DNA of 64,000 bases from a bacterium. Lineage in GTDB: Bacteria; Gemmatimonadota; Gemmatimonadetes; Gemmatimonadales; Gemmatimonadaceae. The stretch covers positions 5,137 to 69,136 of the forward strand of contig JAIXTI010000287.1 of the NCBI GenBank assembly GCA_027484025.1, read 5' to 3'. Made by a program: the position numbers and the translations under genes. A model generated the notes under the pieces. That model searched no databases and was not told the origin of the DNA. It was given only the letters and a program-made list of their open reading frames with translations. The first letter of the stretch is position 1; each line of letters opens with the position of its first letter. Below, piece by piece: positions 10,539-21,352 of this stretch.

Positions 10539-12209
10539 CTACGCCTCCGTCATGTCATACGCGAGGTCGTACAGCATGACATCGACCAGCGCGATGAACA
10601 CCTGCAGGAAGAGCGCGACGGAGAACGCGAGCACGCCGACAACAGCCAACAGCGGACCGAAGCGGGTGGGCGAGAACGACAGCACCGACAGCACGCCCAT
10701 GGTTGCGAAGACCGCCACCAGCGGGAACAGAAAGATTGCACCGAACTGCGCAATCGCCATCGTGGCAAACGCGCGCGTCGGGAGTACCCGCTCCATCTCG
10801 GCAAGACGTTCCGGCGGCGTCGCGTCACCACCATGTCGATACACGTCGACATACGCCAACATGTTCTTGACGGCGTTACCCTTGGCGGTGCGCCCCACCG
10901 AGAGATACCGCGTGAGGGCGGTACGCAGCCACGCGATATACAACGCCACGCCGTCGAGTGCACCGCCAGTCGGCCCGACCACCGCGCGCGCAACGTTGCG
11001 CCACTGGATCGTCACGAACGGCCGCTCGCGCAGATCACCAAAGATGGTGGCGATGCTCGCCATGGCGAGCGGCGTGGCCAGCAGCATGGGAACCAGCAAC
11101 ACGAACATCCAGAGCGCCGGCTGCGCGTACCACGGCAGCAGCACGACCGCCGCGCCAATCGCCGCAGCGGCCACTCCCGGCAGGGCAAAGCACACGCCCA
11201 ACATCGACAACTCCGGCATGCGCTCAGCGAAGACGCCCAGCGCCCGCCGCATGCTTTCCCCAAATCCCGACGCGTGCGCGCGCATCGCGGCGGCAAATGA
11301 CGGCGCCGATTGAAAGCGCGTCTCCGGCTCCTTGGCCAGCGCGCGCCGCAGCACCGCTTCCACCTCGGCGGGGACGCCGGCATCTACAGGGAGTGGTGGA
11401 ATCTCCGCCACGAAGTGCTGCCGCAGCAGCGCACGCGTATCCCCGCGGAATGGCAGCGCCCCCGCGAGCATCTGGTATACCACGACGCCGAGGCTGTACA
11501 CGTCGCTGCGCAGATCGACGTTGTCACCAACACACTGCTCGGGTGACATGTACGCGGGCGTGCCAATCGATTCGCCAACCTGTGTTGCGGTCCCCGACGT
11601 CGCACGGTTCGTCGCGCCCTCGCTTTCGACCGGCAAGGCGGCATCCGGCTCCCGTCGCGCGAATGTGTCGTCGCGCAACTTGGCAATGCCGAAGTCGAGC
11701 AGCGTCACATGAAACCCGCTACGTGCGTCCGGCGTGAGCCAGATGTTGGCCGGCTTGAGATCGCGGTGCACCACACCACGCGCGTGTGCCGCCGCCAGGG
11801 CCGCGGCGACCTGCTCGACGATATCCACCACCTGCATCAGCGGCAGTCGCTTGCGCGTTTCGAGGACATCCTCGAGAGTTCCGCCGTGCAGCTGCTCCAT
11901 GACCAGATAGGCCACGTCGTGACCGGCCACCTGGTCGACCCCAAAGTCCGTGACGTTCACCACGTGACGATGCTGAATGCCGCCGGCGGCGCGCGCCTCG
12001 CGCACGAATCGTTCGGCGGCCGTGGCGTCGGCCAGCAGCTCGGGGTGCACCACCTTGAGCGCGACCGTGCGCCCGATGCCCACATGGTCGGCGAGGTACA
12101 CCGCCCCCATGCCTCCTTCGCCGAGCCGTCGCCCTATGCGGTACTTGTCGTGCAGCACGGCACCGGCGAGCCACGGCATGGTGTCAGTGAGCGCATCATG
12201 TTGGGACAT
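10539..12209 (-). CDS. Ser/Thr protein kinase with multi-TM C-terminal region
   Basis: LGEGGMGAVY, HRDLKPANI, LLDFG and GTPAYMSPEQ; several hydrophobic helices after the kinase domain. Confidence 0.92.
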   Translation of the reverse strand: MSQHDALTDTMPWLAGAVLHDKYRIGRRLGEGGMGAVYLADHVGIGRTVALKVVHPELLADATAAERFVREARAAGGIQHRHVVNVTDFGVDQVAGHDVAYLVMEQLHGGTLEDVLETRKRLPLMQVVDIVEQVAAALAAAHARGVVHRDLKPANIWLTPDARSGFHVTLLDFGIAKLRDDTFARREPDAALPVESEGATNRATSGTATQVGESIGTPAYMSPEQCVGDNVDLRSDVYSLGVVVYQMLAGALPFRGDTRALLRQHFVAEIPPLPVDAGVPAEVEAVLRRALAKEPETRFQSAPSFAAAMRAHASGFGESMRRALGVFAERMPELSMLGVCFALPGVAAAAIGAAVVLLPWYAQPALWMFVLLVPMLLATPLAMASIATIFGDLRERPFVTIQWRNVARAVVGPTGGALDGVALYIAWLRTALTRYLSVGRTAKGNAVKNMLAYVDVYRHGGDATPPERLAEMERVLPTRAFATMAIAQFGAIFLFPLVAVFATMGVLSVLSFSPTRFGPLLAVVGVLAFSVALFLQVFIALVDVMLYDLAYDMTEA

Positions 12210-12309
12210 GCGGCCAAGCTATCGTGCGCCAGAAGGCTTGGGCAGGGCTGGTCCCGCTGCGTGATACGTTGGCGGCTCGATACACCGTCCGACCCGGCAC
12301 CACGCTTCG

Positions 12310-13314
12310 CTACTTCTTGCCGTCGCGTGCGATCTGCGCAAAGCCCATGTTCACCGACGCACCGCCGCGCAGCACCGCCGCCGTGTATTTCTCCTTGTCG
12401 AGCTTCATGCCCCACGTCCCCGACTTGGTCTGCATGTCCGCACCAAGCGACCCGAGCGCTGACAAGCCTGCCGCGATGGCGTTGGCGACCTTCGGCGAGT
12501 CGTCCGTCGCCTCGCCAATCTGCCCCACGTCCTCCGTTGCCACATCCTCGAGCGAGGCCTTCGTCATCACCGACCCCCATTTCCCCTTGGGGGTAAAGAA
12601 GGGCATAGACGCGTAGAATTGCATGTCGGCCGAGATGCTCACGCTGGCCCCGCGCGACGTCACGCCATGCCGCTTGCTGCCGCCCAGCAGCGGCGCATCC
12701 ACGCGATACTCCGGCACCAGCACAATGGCGTCGCGGTCCTTGGCCACTTTGCGAAAGCCCCAGCCGTACCCCTGGAATGGCGGATCGATGGCCTGATCAT
12801 CGGTCGGCGTGGCCAACAGGTAGCTGTTGTTGGTGCCACGCGGCGAGTCGACGGGAACGCCGTACCCCTCTTCGGGCTTGTAGCGACCCATCTTCATGAC
12901 TTCCGCATCGCCCTTCACATCATCGTAGAGAAGTACGGTGTGTCCTGCAGCTCGCAGACGGGCCGCGAGGTCGTCCTGCAGTTCCTTCGCCAACCCCTGC
13001 ACGTAGGCCTTGTCGAGACCGGCCACCATGTACTTCCCCTTCGCCCGAACGGTTTTGCCATCGGTCTGATAGAAGCGACCACTGTTCACCACCGTCAGCG
13101 AGCCCTTGAGCGCCAACCGCAGCAGTACGGTGGGGATAAGGATCGTGCGCGGACCGCGCAGCTCGTCCTCGCCCCGCACATCGAGCTTGTCGCCCACGTT
13201 GATGGGATCGGGCACGGTGAGGGGAGCTCCCTGCGCCAGAACCGGGCGGAACGTGGAGACGGACAACGCCAGGATACCGCTCAGGAGTGACGCAGAACCG
13301 AACGACAAACGCAT
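12310..13314 (-). CDS. Hypothetical exported protein
   Basis: Signal peptide ending PVLA|Q after ATG 13314; protein-like composition; divergent from the BTAD regulator. Confidence 0.65.
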   Translation of the reverse strand: MRLSFGSASLLSGILALSVSTFRPVLAQGAPLTVPDPINVGDKLDVRGEDELRGPRTILIPTVLLRLALKGSLTVVNSGRFYQTDGKTVRAKGKYMVAGLDKAYVQGLAKELQDDLAARLRAAGHTVLLYDDVKGDAEVMKMGRYKPEEGYGVPVDSPRGTNNSYLLATPTDDQAIDPPFQGYGWGFRKVAKDRDAIVLVPEYRVDAPLLGGSKRHGVTSRGASVSISADMQFYASMPFFTPKGKWGSVMTKASLEDVATEDVGQIGEATDDSPKVANAIAAGLSALGSLGADMQTKSGTWGMKLDKEKYTAAVLRGGASVNMGFAQIARDGKK

Positions 13315-13500
13315 GACAGCCTCGGAAGACGAAGGGGACAGACACCGCATGACAGGCGGTGGATCGTAGGCCAAGCTAGTGTTGCACTTCGTTCCGTCCT
13401 CAACATGTCAACACGTTACGGCTATTGCACTTGGCCACCTGGTCCGCGCGAGGAGTGTCCATGACTTCCTCCCCGCAGTTCTGCGGCGTAGCGTTCAGGC

Positions 13501-15792
13501 ATGCCCGCCGCCCCTCATCGCCTGATCACCCTCGGTCGACTCACACTGCTTGACCCGACCGGGGTCGAACATCGCGATCTGGCCACGCGCAAACGCAAGC
13601 TGGCGCTCCTTACCCTCCTGGCCACGTCGAACCGGGCGTGGAGCCGCGATGCGCTCGTCGATCTCTTCTGGGGTGAGCATACGGAGACACGCGCTCGCCA
13701 CTCACTGAGCGACGCCCTCTCCCATCTGCGGCGCATACTCGGGCCTGACGCCATTGCCCAACGCCGCACCGAGGTCGCCCTCTCCGACGATCTGGCGTTG
13801 GCCGTGGACGTCCGCGAATTCCAGGAGGCCGTCCGCGCGCAGGAGTGGGAACGTGCCGTGGCCAGTTTCGGTGGCCCCTTCCTCGACGGCCTGCACCTTG
13901 GCGGATCGGCGCGACTCAGTCATTGGATCGACGACGAACAGCGTCGGCTCAATGCCCTGTTCGGCACGGCCGCGCGCGCCGAGTGTGAACGACTGCTGCG
14001 AGACGAAGCGTTCGATGCCGTGGCACTGCTGGCGAGTCGCTGGCTGGCGGTCGCGCCGACATCACCGCACGCCGCGCTCTTTCGCTTGCGTGCCTTGGCG
14101 GCTGCCGGCACCCCCGAAGCCGACCAGCGAGCACTCGACGACTACGCCGTGCTATCCCGACGGCTCGAGCAGGAGCTGGGTACCCGCCCCGATCGTACGG
14201 TCGTCGCGCTGATGCAGGAGATTGCCGCTCGGCAAGCCGCGCGGCAGCCAGACCCCGATGAGGAGCGTCAGTCAGTTCCCGTCGCGTCCGCGATCGCCGA
14301 GGAGATTGAACGGGTGGCGTCGCCTCGCGTTGTCGATGTGTCGCCGCCGTCATTGCCGCTCGCCTCTAACTGGAGCAATTGGCTCTCGCGGCGCCTCGGA
14401 GTCGTCGCCACAGCGACCGTCGCCGTGGCGTGCGGCCTGTTCTTCTGGCGCGGCTCGGCTTCACGAGCGGAGCAGCCAGCCAACATTGCGCCGCTCACCA
14501 GCTCGCCAGCGGCACAGGCGCTGTACGATCGCGCGGTGATCGCCTATGATCGCGACGGCAACAGACAGGAGGCAATCGCGCTGCTCGACAGCGCCATTGC
14601 GTACGACAGCAGCTTCGCGATGGCGTATCGTCGTCTTGGAATGATTTTCGACAACGGCGTCGACGGACGCAGTCGCTCCGTGCGCATGCTGACACTGGCC
14701 GCGCGTTACGCCGATCGGTTGCCACTCGCCGAGCGTCTGACCACGCTCGGCGCGTATCACCGCACCGTCACCGGCAACTTCGCGCGCGCCGGCTCTGCCT
14801 ATCGCGCGCTGCTCGATCTGAATCCCAATGATGCGCGTGCGTGGGGCAGCCTTGGCACCATCTACGACTATCTCGGCGATCGCGCGCGGGCAGTGGAGGC
14901 GTACGAACGCAGTCTCGCGCTCGACCCCAAACGTGCGCTCACGTGGATGAATGTTGCCGACGGTCGGTATACACTCGGCAATGTAGACGGGGCCTGGCGC
15001 TCACTCGATTCCATGGCCATCGCGTTTCCGGGTCATCCGGGGCTGTTCATGCGCACAGCGATGCTCGCACACGCGGAAGGGCAGCGGGAGCGCACGGAGG
15101 CGCAGTTGCGCGCACTGGTGTCGTCGTCTGCCGACAACGTGTACCAGCGCGCCGCCGGCGAGATGTTGCTGGCAAAGGCGTATTGGTCGTGGGGACGCTT
15201 CGACGAAGGTGATGCGGCGCGACGACGCTCGGTACACCTCGACCGTGCCCGTGGCGCGCCTGATGCGGCTCTCATCGGTGAAATCGATCTCGCGATGGCG
15301 TCCGTCGCGTTGCGGAGCGACACGGCACGAGCCCGTCGACAGCTCGCCGACGCACTGCAACGCACACCACTGCTGTCGCTCCCGGCACCCGATCGTCCGT
15401 ATCTCGAGGTCGCCCTCGCGTATGCCACGATGGCGATGCCCGGGAAGGCAACGGAGATGCTGCAGGCGTACCGCGACGGAACGGACACGACGAGTCGCTG
15501 GCGCCACGCGTCGCAAGAGCATCACGTACGCGGAGCCATCGCATTGGCTCAACGCAACTGGCGAGTGGCGATTCTCGAATTGAAGCAGGTGGCCGAGCCA
15601 CTGTGCAGCGTGTGTGGACTCCCGGAACTCGCAGTGGCGTACGTGCACGCGGGCCATCGCGACTCGGCCGCGATCGCGTACACTCAGTATCTGAAGACGC
15701 ACAGCCAGCGCCGGCTCGACATGACCGATGTGTGGCACGGGGAAGGCATGAGGCGCACCGCACGTGCATTGGCAATCGATACCGACCGGTAG
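13501..15792 (+). CDS. SARP/BTAD-type transcriptional regulator with TM helix and TPR repeats
   Basis: N-terminal winged helix (RLITLG...LALL...SRDALVDLFW...RARHSLSDALSHLRR), BTAD helices, a TM segment and TPRs. Confidence 0.85.
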   Translation: MPAAPHRLITLGRLTLLDPTGVEHRDLATRKRKLALLTLLATSNRAWSRDALVDLFWGEHTETRARHSLSDALSHLRRILGPDAIAQRRTEVALSDDLALAVDVREFQEAVRAQEWERAVASFGGPFLDGLHLGGSARLSHWIDDEQRRLNALFGTAARAECERLLRDEAFDAVALLASRWLAVAPTSPHAALFRLRALAAAGTPEADQRALDDYAVLSRRLEQELGTRPDRTVVALMQEIAARQAARQPDPDEERQSVPVASAIAEEIERVASPRVVDVSPPSLPLASNWSNWLSRRLGVVATATVAVACGLFFWRGSASRAEQPANIAPLTSSPAAQALYDRAVIAYDRDGNRQEAIALLDSAIAYDSSFAMAYRRLGMIFDNGVDGRSRSVRMLTLAARYADRLPLAERLTTLGAYHRTVTGNFARAGSAYRALLDLNPNDARAWGSLGTIYDYLGDRARAVEAYERSLALDPKRALTWMNVADGRYTLGNVDGAWRSLDSMAIAFPGHPGLFMRTAMLAHAEGQRERTEAQLRALVSSSADNVYQRAAGEMLLAKAYWSWGRFDEGDAARRRSVHLDRARGAPDAALIGEIDLAMASVALRSDTARARRQLADALQRTPLLSLPAPDRPYLEVALAYATMAMPGKATEMLQAYRDGTDTTSRWRHASQEHHVRGAIALAQRNWRVAILELKQVAEPLCSVCGLPELAVAYVHAGHRDSAAIAYTQYLKTHSQRRLDMTDVWHGEGMRRTARALAIDTDR

Positions 15793-15869
15793 CGTGAATC
15801 AGCGTTGACGCGCGCCGGTCAACGTGAACGGGTCGATCAGCGACGACACGTTCAAGTGCCGGCGCCCCC

Positions 15870-16133
15870 TCAGACGCGTTCCTCTGGATCAGCCAGGAAC
15901 CACTCGATGCGTCCGCACGCGACACACGCCAGCGTGGCGGCTGAACGGTTGGCCCAGTCGAGATTGAGGAACGACATCCCCGCGGTGTTGAGGAGCGCAC
16001 GCCCCTCGACGAACAGCTCCCCGCGGCAATGCGCGCAGCGTACGGGGAGCCCTGCGACTTCGAACTTCTCGCCGTCTGGGCCACTGGCCATGGCGGAGGC
16101 GCTGGCGGCGAGCATGTTGAACAGTTTCTTCAT
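15870..16133 (-). CDS. Small Zn-ribbon protein
   Basis: CAHC...CVACG cysteine pairs; ATGA overlap with the upstream gene. Confidence 0.7.
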   Translation of the reverse strand: MKKLFNMLAASASAMASGPDGEKFEVAGLPVRCAHCRGELFVEGRALLNTAGMSFLNLDWANRSAATLACVACGRIEWFLADPEERV

Positions 16134-17254
16134 GGCGTACTCGAGGGCATCCAGGTGAACTTGAACAGATCGACACCAATGGCGTAGGCATCGACCGCCT
16201 TGCCATTGGGCACCAGACGAATCTTATTCACCGCGCGACCCATCGGGACAGCGCGCCAGGTCGCTCCGCCGTCACTCGTTTCGTAGCCACCGGTAATGGC
16301 TCCCACCCAGCCGGTACGGTCGTCGACAAACCCTACGCCGAACTCCCGCACCGCGTGATTGCGTACGAGGGGTATTTCCTGCCACGTCTTGCCGCCATCG
16401 GTGGTCTTGGCCACCACACGCTGCGCCTGACTCGTGTCCGGATTGTAGTTCTGCACCGTGACGTATCCCACCAGTCGTGAGGGGAACGATCCCTTCCAGG
16501 TGAGCTCGAAGGGGCGCGGCCCCTCGTACACGCGTTGCCAGCTGCGACCGCCATCAGTGGTGCGGATGATCAGCGCGCGTGAGGTCGCCACGTCCGTACT
16601 CGTCGCGCCCATGATCAGCCCTTCGCTCTCGCTGAAGAACTTCACGTCGAGAATCATCGCGGTATGCGCCGAGAGATCGAGCGACGTCCAGCTTTCGCCG
16701 CCGTCGAGCGAGCGCAGCAGATACGCGGGCCCGCCTACGCGCCCGCCGGCGTGAATGACCGTGCGACGCGACAACGTGCCGGCGTTGACGAACTGTGACT
16801 GCAGCACGTCGATCGCACAAATGCCTTTCACCGAAGGGCCGGTGATGCCGGTAACCGGTTGCCACGTCGCGCCGCCATCACGCGAGCGATAGAGCGGCAG
16901 CGTGTCGGTCACACCGGGGAAGTAATCAGTGCCGATGTTGCCGGCAAAGATGAGCGAATCGTTCACGGCGCCGATGGCACGAAAGAAGGTGCCTGGCTTG
17001 TGCACCTGCTCGGTCCACGTCTCGCCGGCATTGGTGGTGCGGTAGATGCGGCCACTCCCGTTCACATACCAGCCGCGCGTGCTCGAAGAGAACGAGATGT
17101 CGTCCTGCTTCCCTGCATACGCCACGGTCGACAGCTTCGTCCACACGGTGTCGGGCAGGACAGGTACGATGGCCGCTGCACCAGCGTCGCGCGTTGGTGC
17201 AGCCGAGTACAGCGTCAGCCAACCGAGTGCAAGAACTACCGCAACCCGCGTCAT
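16130..17254 (-). CDS. Exported YCF48/BNR-repeat beta-propeller protein
   Basis: Repeated Asp-box motifs (TTNAGETW, SRDGGATW, SLDGGESW, TTDGGRSW, TTDGGKTW); signal peptide. Confidence 0.85.
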   Translation of the reverse strand: MTRVAVVLALGWLTLYSAAPTRDAGAAAIVPVLPDTVWTKLSTVAYAGKQDDISFSSSTRGWYVNGSGRIYRTTNAGETWTEQVHKPGTFFRAIGAVNDSLIFAGNIGTDYFPGVTDTLPLYRSRDGGATWQPVTGITGPSVKGICAIDVLQSQFVNAGTLSRRTVIHAGGRVGGPAYLLRSLDGGESWTSLDLSAHTAMILDVKFFSESEGLIMGATSTDVATSRALIIRTTDGGRSWQRVYEGPRPFELTWKGSFPSRLVGYVTVQNYNPDTSQAQRVVAKTTDGGKTWQEIPLVRNHAVREFGVGFVDDRTGWVGAITGGYETSDGGATWRAVPMGRAVNKIRLVPNGKAVDAYAIGVDLFKFTWMPSSTP

Positions 17255-17985
17255 TCGTTCACTTCCTTGCAGTACTGCTGCACCAACCGTGCAGCCTCAT
17301 CATCGCCCCGCTTGGCGGCCTCGGCGCCGTCAGCGCACGCTTCACCGATGCGCTCCAGCGCAAGATTCGACACGGCGCGATAGCGGTAGACCTCGGCGCC
17401 GCCCATCTTCAGGGCAATCGCGCGCGTCAGATCCTTCACGGCATCGCCATGGCGACCGGCGCGTCCATGTGTGTAGCCACGATAGTACCAACCGGCCGGA
17501 TCGTCCGGCGCTGCTTCCACGTAGCGCGAGAAGGCCATCATCGCGGCGGACTCGTTATCACGTTGACCATTGGCCATGCCTTCCAGCAGGAGGAGCGCAG
17601 GTGCCGCAAGGCCGACCCGTCGGGCTTTCGCGACATCATCGAGTGCACCGGCCGCATCGCCACTTCGAAGCCGGGTGGCCGCGCGCCCCGCGTAGGCGCC
17701 GCCAAACCGTTCGTCGAGCTTCAGCGCGGCGTCGTAATCGCTTCGCGATTTCGCGAGATCTCCCTGCTCGCGATGTGCGCGTGCGCGCATGGAGAACAGG
17801 GCCGGTGACGGCGCTGCCGAAAGCTGCTTGTCGAGCTCCGCAATTGCCTGGGCCCACTGTTCGGCATCGAGCAGACTGTCTGCGCGGGCAGTGTTGATGA
17901 CTGTTGGCGCTTGCGCTCTTCCAGTTTCGGGAAGTATGAGTACACAGAGCAGTGACAATTTGATGATGCGGGCACGCATGCTCAT
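17251..17985 (-). CDS. Exported TPR-repeat protein
   Basis: Signal peptide after MSMRAR; TPR patterns (WYYRG...A...DLTRAI; EACAD); ATGA overlap with the downstream gene. Confidence 0.8.
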   Translation of the reverse strand: MSMRARIIKLSLLCVLILPETGRAQAPTVINTARADSLLDAEQWAQAIAELDKQLSAAPSPALFSMRARAHREQGDLAKSRSDYDAALKLDERFGGAYAGRAATRLRSGDAAGALDDVAKARRVGLAAPALLLLEGMANGQRDNESAAMMAFSRYVEAAPDDPAGWYYRGYTHGRAGRHGDAVKDLTRAIALKMGGAEVYRYRAVSNLALERIGEACADGAEAAKRGDDEAARLVQQYCKEVNE

Positions 17986-18245
17986 GACTGGCTGAAGTGA
18001 TGACGGTGCGACCAGGAGGTACCGCACACTGCTACGGGAGCGAGGCGTGTGCGGTTTCGCTGCAAGAGGCATTACGGTGTGAATTGCGCCGAGACTTACC
18101 ACGTGGTCTTGCTTTGGAGAGGGCCGTCGAGGTGCCGACCTACACCGGCCACGCCGGTGAAAACGTTCGCCCCAGCTGTTGCCGGCCTGCCAGCCTTGGA
18201 GGTCTCCCCCAGGTCTGACCACGGTCACCGCACGCGCGCGTCACA

Positions 18246-20615
18246 TCAGAACTTCCAGTTGATCCCGATCACCGGGAAGAACGCGATCTGCTCGCGCCAC
18301 TCCACATTGCGGAGCTTGCTGTTCCACTGCTGTACCGAGCGATTGTCGCGGTTGGTGATGTTCTGCAGATCGAGGTAGGTGGAGAGCCACGACCCACGCA
18401 CGAGGAAGCGGCGATCGATACGCACATCGAGGCGGGCGTACGCCGGCGTACGGTCGCCATTGAACCGCTGCAAGTCGTACACGAGGCGATTCTGCTCCGA
18501 TGCCGCGATCGCGTTCAACGGGGTGAGGGGACGACCACTCGAGTAGCTTCCACGCGTGGAAAACTCCCATTTCGTGCCGCGCTTCGCGCCGAGGATGGCG
18601 GTGAACAGGTTGGGCGCATCGTAGCCACCCGGACGCCATTGTCCGTCGCGCGCACGATGCTCGACCTGTGAGCGGGTGTAGCTCACCTGGCCGTAGGTAG
18701 AGCCCGTGAACTTCTGCTGCGCAAAGAATTCGAGCCCGCGCGAACGCCCCGTTCCGTCGCTCGTCATCGGAAAGAGCAGTTCCTGCACACCGATCTGATC
18801 GCCGGTGTTCGCGAGCGAGAGTTGCGCGTAGTCGCGCGCCACGGGATAGTCGCGATACTGACGGTCGAAGGCCTCGACACTGAGTAACACGTTGTCGCGT
18901 GGAGTCCACCGCGCAGCCAGCACACTGTGATCGGCTCGCATCGGCGACAACGATGCGTTCGCCGGGACGTTCACGGTGTACACGATGGGAACCTGCTGAT
19001 GGTAGCGCCCCCAGGTACCGGAGACACTGAAGGCGGACGCCGCGCGCCACGTGATCGCCGCGCGGGGGCCGAGGCGCGACGCATTCGATTGCGCAAACCG
19101 ATCGCCACGCACGCTCGCGGCAGCGTCGACGGAACCGAAGGAACGCACGAGTTCGAGATACGCGCCTGCAATGTTTACCCCGTCCGTGCGATTCGCGGCC
19201 AGCGTGTCGACGCGGACACGGGACGCCGAGAACGGATTGTTCACACCGAACGGCGACGAGATCTCGGAGGTGATGGTGAGGCGCTTGGCGCTTGCCCCTA
19301 CATTCACATCCGCGAGGCCAGGCACGTTGAACGTCGCATCGTATCGCAGCGTGTATTCGTTCTCGCGCGCATCATTCACGAATACGGGCGTAGTGCCAAA
19401 GAAGTCCTCCCGTACGCGCACGTCGTTGGCATTGGTGCTGGCGCTTGCGACAAGCGTGCCCACGCCACGCGCACCCAGCAGGCGTTGCCACGACGCGCCG
19501 CCGGTCCAGCGATCACCACGAAAGCGCGTGGTGCCCGGCGGATCGGGATCGTCGGTATCCTCGGTCGTGCTCGTAAAGTCGATGCGGTCGAAGCCACCGA
19601 TGCCCACGAGCTTCACGACATCGCGCGCGCCGGGCCGCCATGTGAACTTCGCCTGAAAGTTCGTGGTATAGGGAACGGCCGTCAGGCCGATGAGCGGGGC
19701 GACGAGATCGAGATAGCTCTGCCGACCCGAGACGAGGTAGTTCGCTCGTGAGCCGAGCGGTCCTTCGGTGACGATGCCCGCCCCGGCGTTGCTCATGTCG
19801 AATTCGGTGCGACGACCATCAGGGTTCCCCTCGCGGAGCGAGATGTCGAGTACACTCGACAGGCGATTGCCGTAGCGCGGTCCGAATGCGCCGGCGAAGA
19901 AGGCCACGTCGCGCACCAGCTCGTTATTGAGCATACCGATGGGCCCTCCCGTGCTCCCCTGCCCCGCGAAGTGGTTCAGGTTGGGGACCTCGAGTCCGTC
20001 CACAAGGAAGAGATTCTCCATGGGGCTTCCGCCGCGGGCAATGATGTCATTGCGCGTGTCGTTGCCCGTGAGGACTCCTGGCATGGATTGCACCAGACGG
20101 CTCACGTCGCCGATAGCGCCGGGCGCTCGGCGAATCTCTTCGTAGCTCATCGTGATGCGCGAAGAGGGTGCGTTGCGCGGCGCGACGAACGACGCGTTGC
20201 CGGCGACGACCCGCGTGGCCGCCAGCGTCGCGGTGGCCGTTTCGAGTTGGACCTCCACCTGCGTGGGGCGCCCGGGATTGATGAGCAAGTCGCTCACCGT
20301 GGTGGGGCGATACCCGATGCGGAGGACGCGAATGACCTGCGTCCCGACCGGCGCACCGGTGATGGTGAATCGCCCTTCGGTATCCGACAGCGCGCCGGCC
20401 GTGCTGCCCACCAGCTGGACCTGCGCTTCGGCGACAGGCTGCTGGGTGTCCCGATCGAGGACTCGGCCTTGAATGGTGCCCGTGCGGGCGGGCTGTGCTG
20501 GGAGGGCCGACGGCGCTGCCGGTCGCGCGCCCTGTGCGTGTAGCCACGGCGGTGAGGCATGGGTGAGCAGCCCCATCGCGGCCGTTATCAACAACGCATT
20601 GCGAACCAGTAACAT
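18246..20615 (-). CDS. TonB-dependent receptor with N-terminal carboxypeptidase-regulatory-like domain
   Basis: Signal peptide, GRVLD...G.F.I domain, plug motif RGGSPMENLFLVDG...SSVLDISLREG, C-terminal GINWKF. Confidence 0.92.
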   Translation of the reverse strand: MLLVRNALLITAAMGLLTHASPPWLHAQGARPAAPSALPAQPARTGTIQGRVLDRDTQQPVAEAQVQLVGSTAGALSDTEGRFTITGAPVGTQVIRVLRIGYRPTTVSDLLINPGRPTQVEVQLETATATLAATRVVAGNASFVAPRNAPSSRITMSYEEIRRAPGAIGDVSRLVQSMPGVLTGNDTRNDIIARGGSPMENLFLVDGLEVPNLNHFAGQGSTGGPIGMLNNELVRDVAFFAGAFGPRYGNRLSSVLDISLREGNPDGRRTEFDMSNAGAGIVTEGPLGSRANYLVSGRQSYLDLVAPLIGLTAVPYTTNFQAKFTWRPGARDVVKLVGIGGFDRIDFTSTTEDTDDPDPPGTTRFRGDRWTGGASWQRLLGARGVGTLVASASTNANDVRVREDFFGTTPVFVNDARENEYTLRYDATFNVPGLADVNVGASAKRLTITSEISSPFGVNNPFSASRVRVDTLAANRTDGVNIAGAYLELVRSFGSVDAAASVRGDRFAQSNASRLGPRAAITWRAASAFSVSGTWGRYHQQVPIVYTVNVPANASLSPMRADHSVLAARWTPRDNVLLSVEAFDRQYRDYPVARDYAQLSLANTGDQIGVQELLFPMTSDGTGRSRGLEFFAQQKFTGSTYGQVSYTRSQVEHRARDGQWRPGGYDAPNLFTAILGAKRGTKWEFSTRGSYSSGRPLTPLNAIAASEQNRLVYDLQRFNGDRTPAYARLDVRIDRRFLVRGSWLSTYLDLQNITNRDNRSVQQWNSKLRNVEWREQIAFFPVIGINWKF

Positions 20616-20625
20616 GTGTGCTCCT

Positions 20626-20658
20626 GTGTTAGAAGATATAAAAAAGAGAGGTGTTAAC
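20626..20658 (-). promoter_or_regulatory. AT-rich promoter of the TonB receptor with TetR half-site(s)
   Basis: GTGTTAAC at 20651-20658 is the reverse complement of GTTAACAC in the tetR operator; GTGTTAG at 20626. Confidence 0.45.
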
Positions 20659-20678
20659 CAAAATCCCCGAAAAAACCA

Positions 20679-21344
20679 TCAGACAGTCGAACGCAGCCCC
20701 CGAAGCAGGGCGTGACCGATCCCCATCCCTACCTGATGCGCGGCGCGGGGATTGAGAATGTTCGAGGCGACGGCCATCGCCGCCACGCCGTGCAACCCGA
20801 GCCAGACCATCATGGCCACTTGCATGGGCTGGTGTGCGCCGGCCTCACCGGCCGCACACAATGCCTCGCAGGCGCGAATGAGGACGCCGAAGGCCGGGTC
20901 GTCGCGAAAATGCGCACTCTGGTCCGGCATCACACCGATGTCCGGCCGGTCGAGGAACATCACGCGGTAGCGTTCCGGTTTCGCCAGCGCGAATCGCAGG
21001 TACGCATCGCCCAAGGACATCATCCGCTCGTGGGGGGCGACATCGGGGCGGTCGGCGTCTTCGAGCGCGCGGGCGAACTGCTGGAACCACTTCTGAAGCA
21101 CCGCCTCAATCAGGGCATCGCGGTCGCGAAAATGCCGGTAAATCGTGGTGGGGGTGTACTGCGTGGCCTCCGCGACTTCCCGCAACGAGAACGCTTCGTA
21201 GCCCTTGTCGAGCAACTGCTCTTCGGCCACTTCGAGCAGCAAGTCGCGCAACCGCCCACGCTGTGCCTCGCGCCGCTCCGCCGAGCGGTTTTTGAGGCGA
21301 TCAGCGCGCGAATGGGTAGGGCTTGGCGGCTCTGCGTTACTCAT
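20679..21344 (-). CDS. TetR/AcrR family regulator
   Basis: HTH motif GYEAFSLREVAEAT..TPTTIYRHF.DRDAL. Confidence 0.92.
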   Translation of the reverse strand: MSNAEPPSPTHSRADRLKNRSAERREAQRGRLRDLLLEVAEEQLLDKGYEAFSLREVAEATQYTPTTIYRHFRDRDALIEAVLQKWFQQFARALEDADRPDVAPHERMMSLGDAYLRFALAKPERYRVMFLDRPDIGVMPDQSAHFRDDPAFGVLIRACEALCAAGEAGAHQPMQVAMMVWLGLHGVAAMAVASNILNPRAAHQVGMGIGHALLRGLRSTV

Positions 21345-21352
21345 ACACTTTA

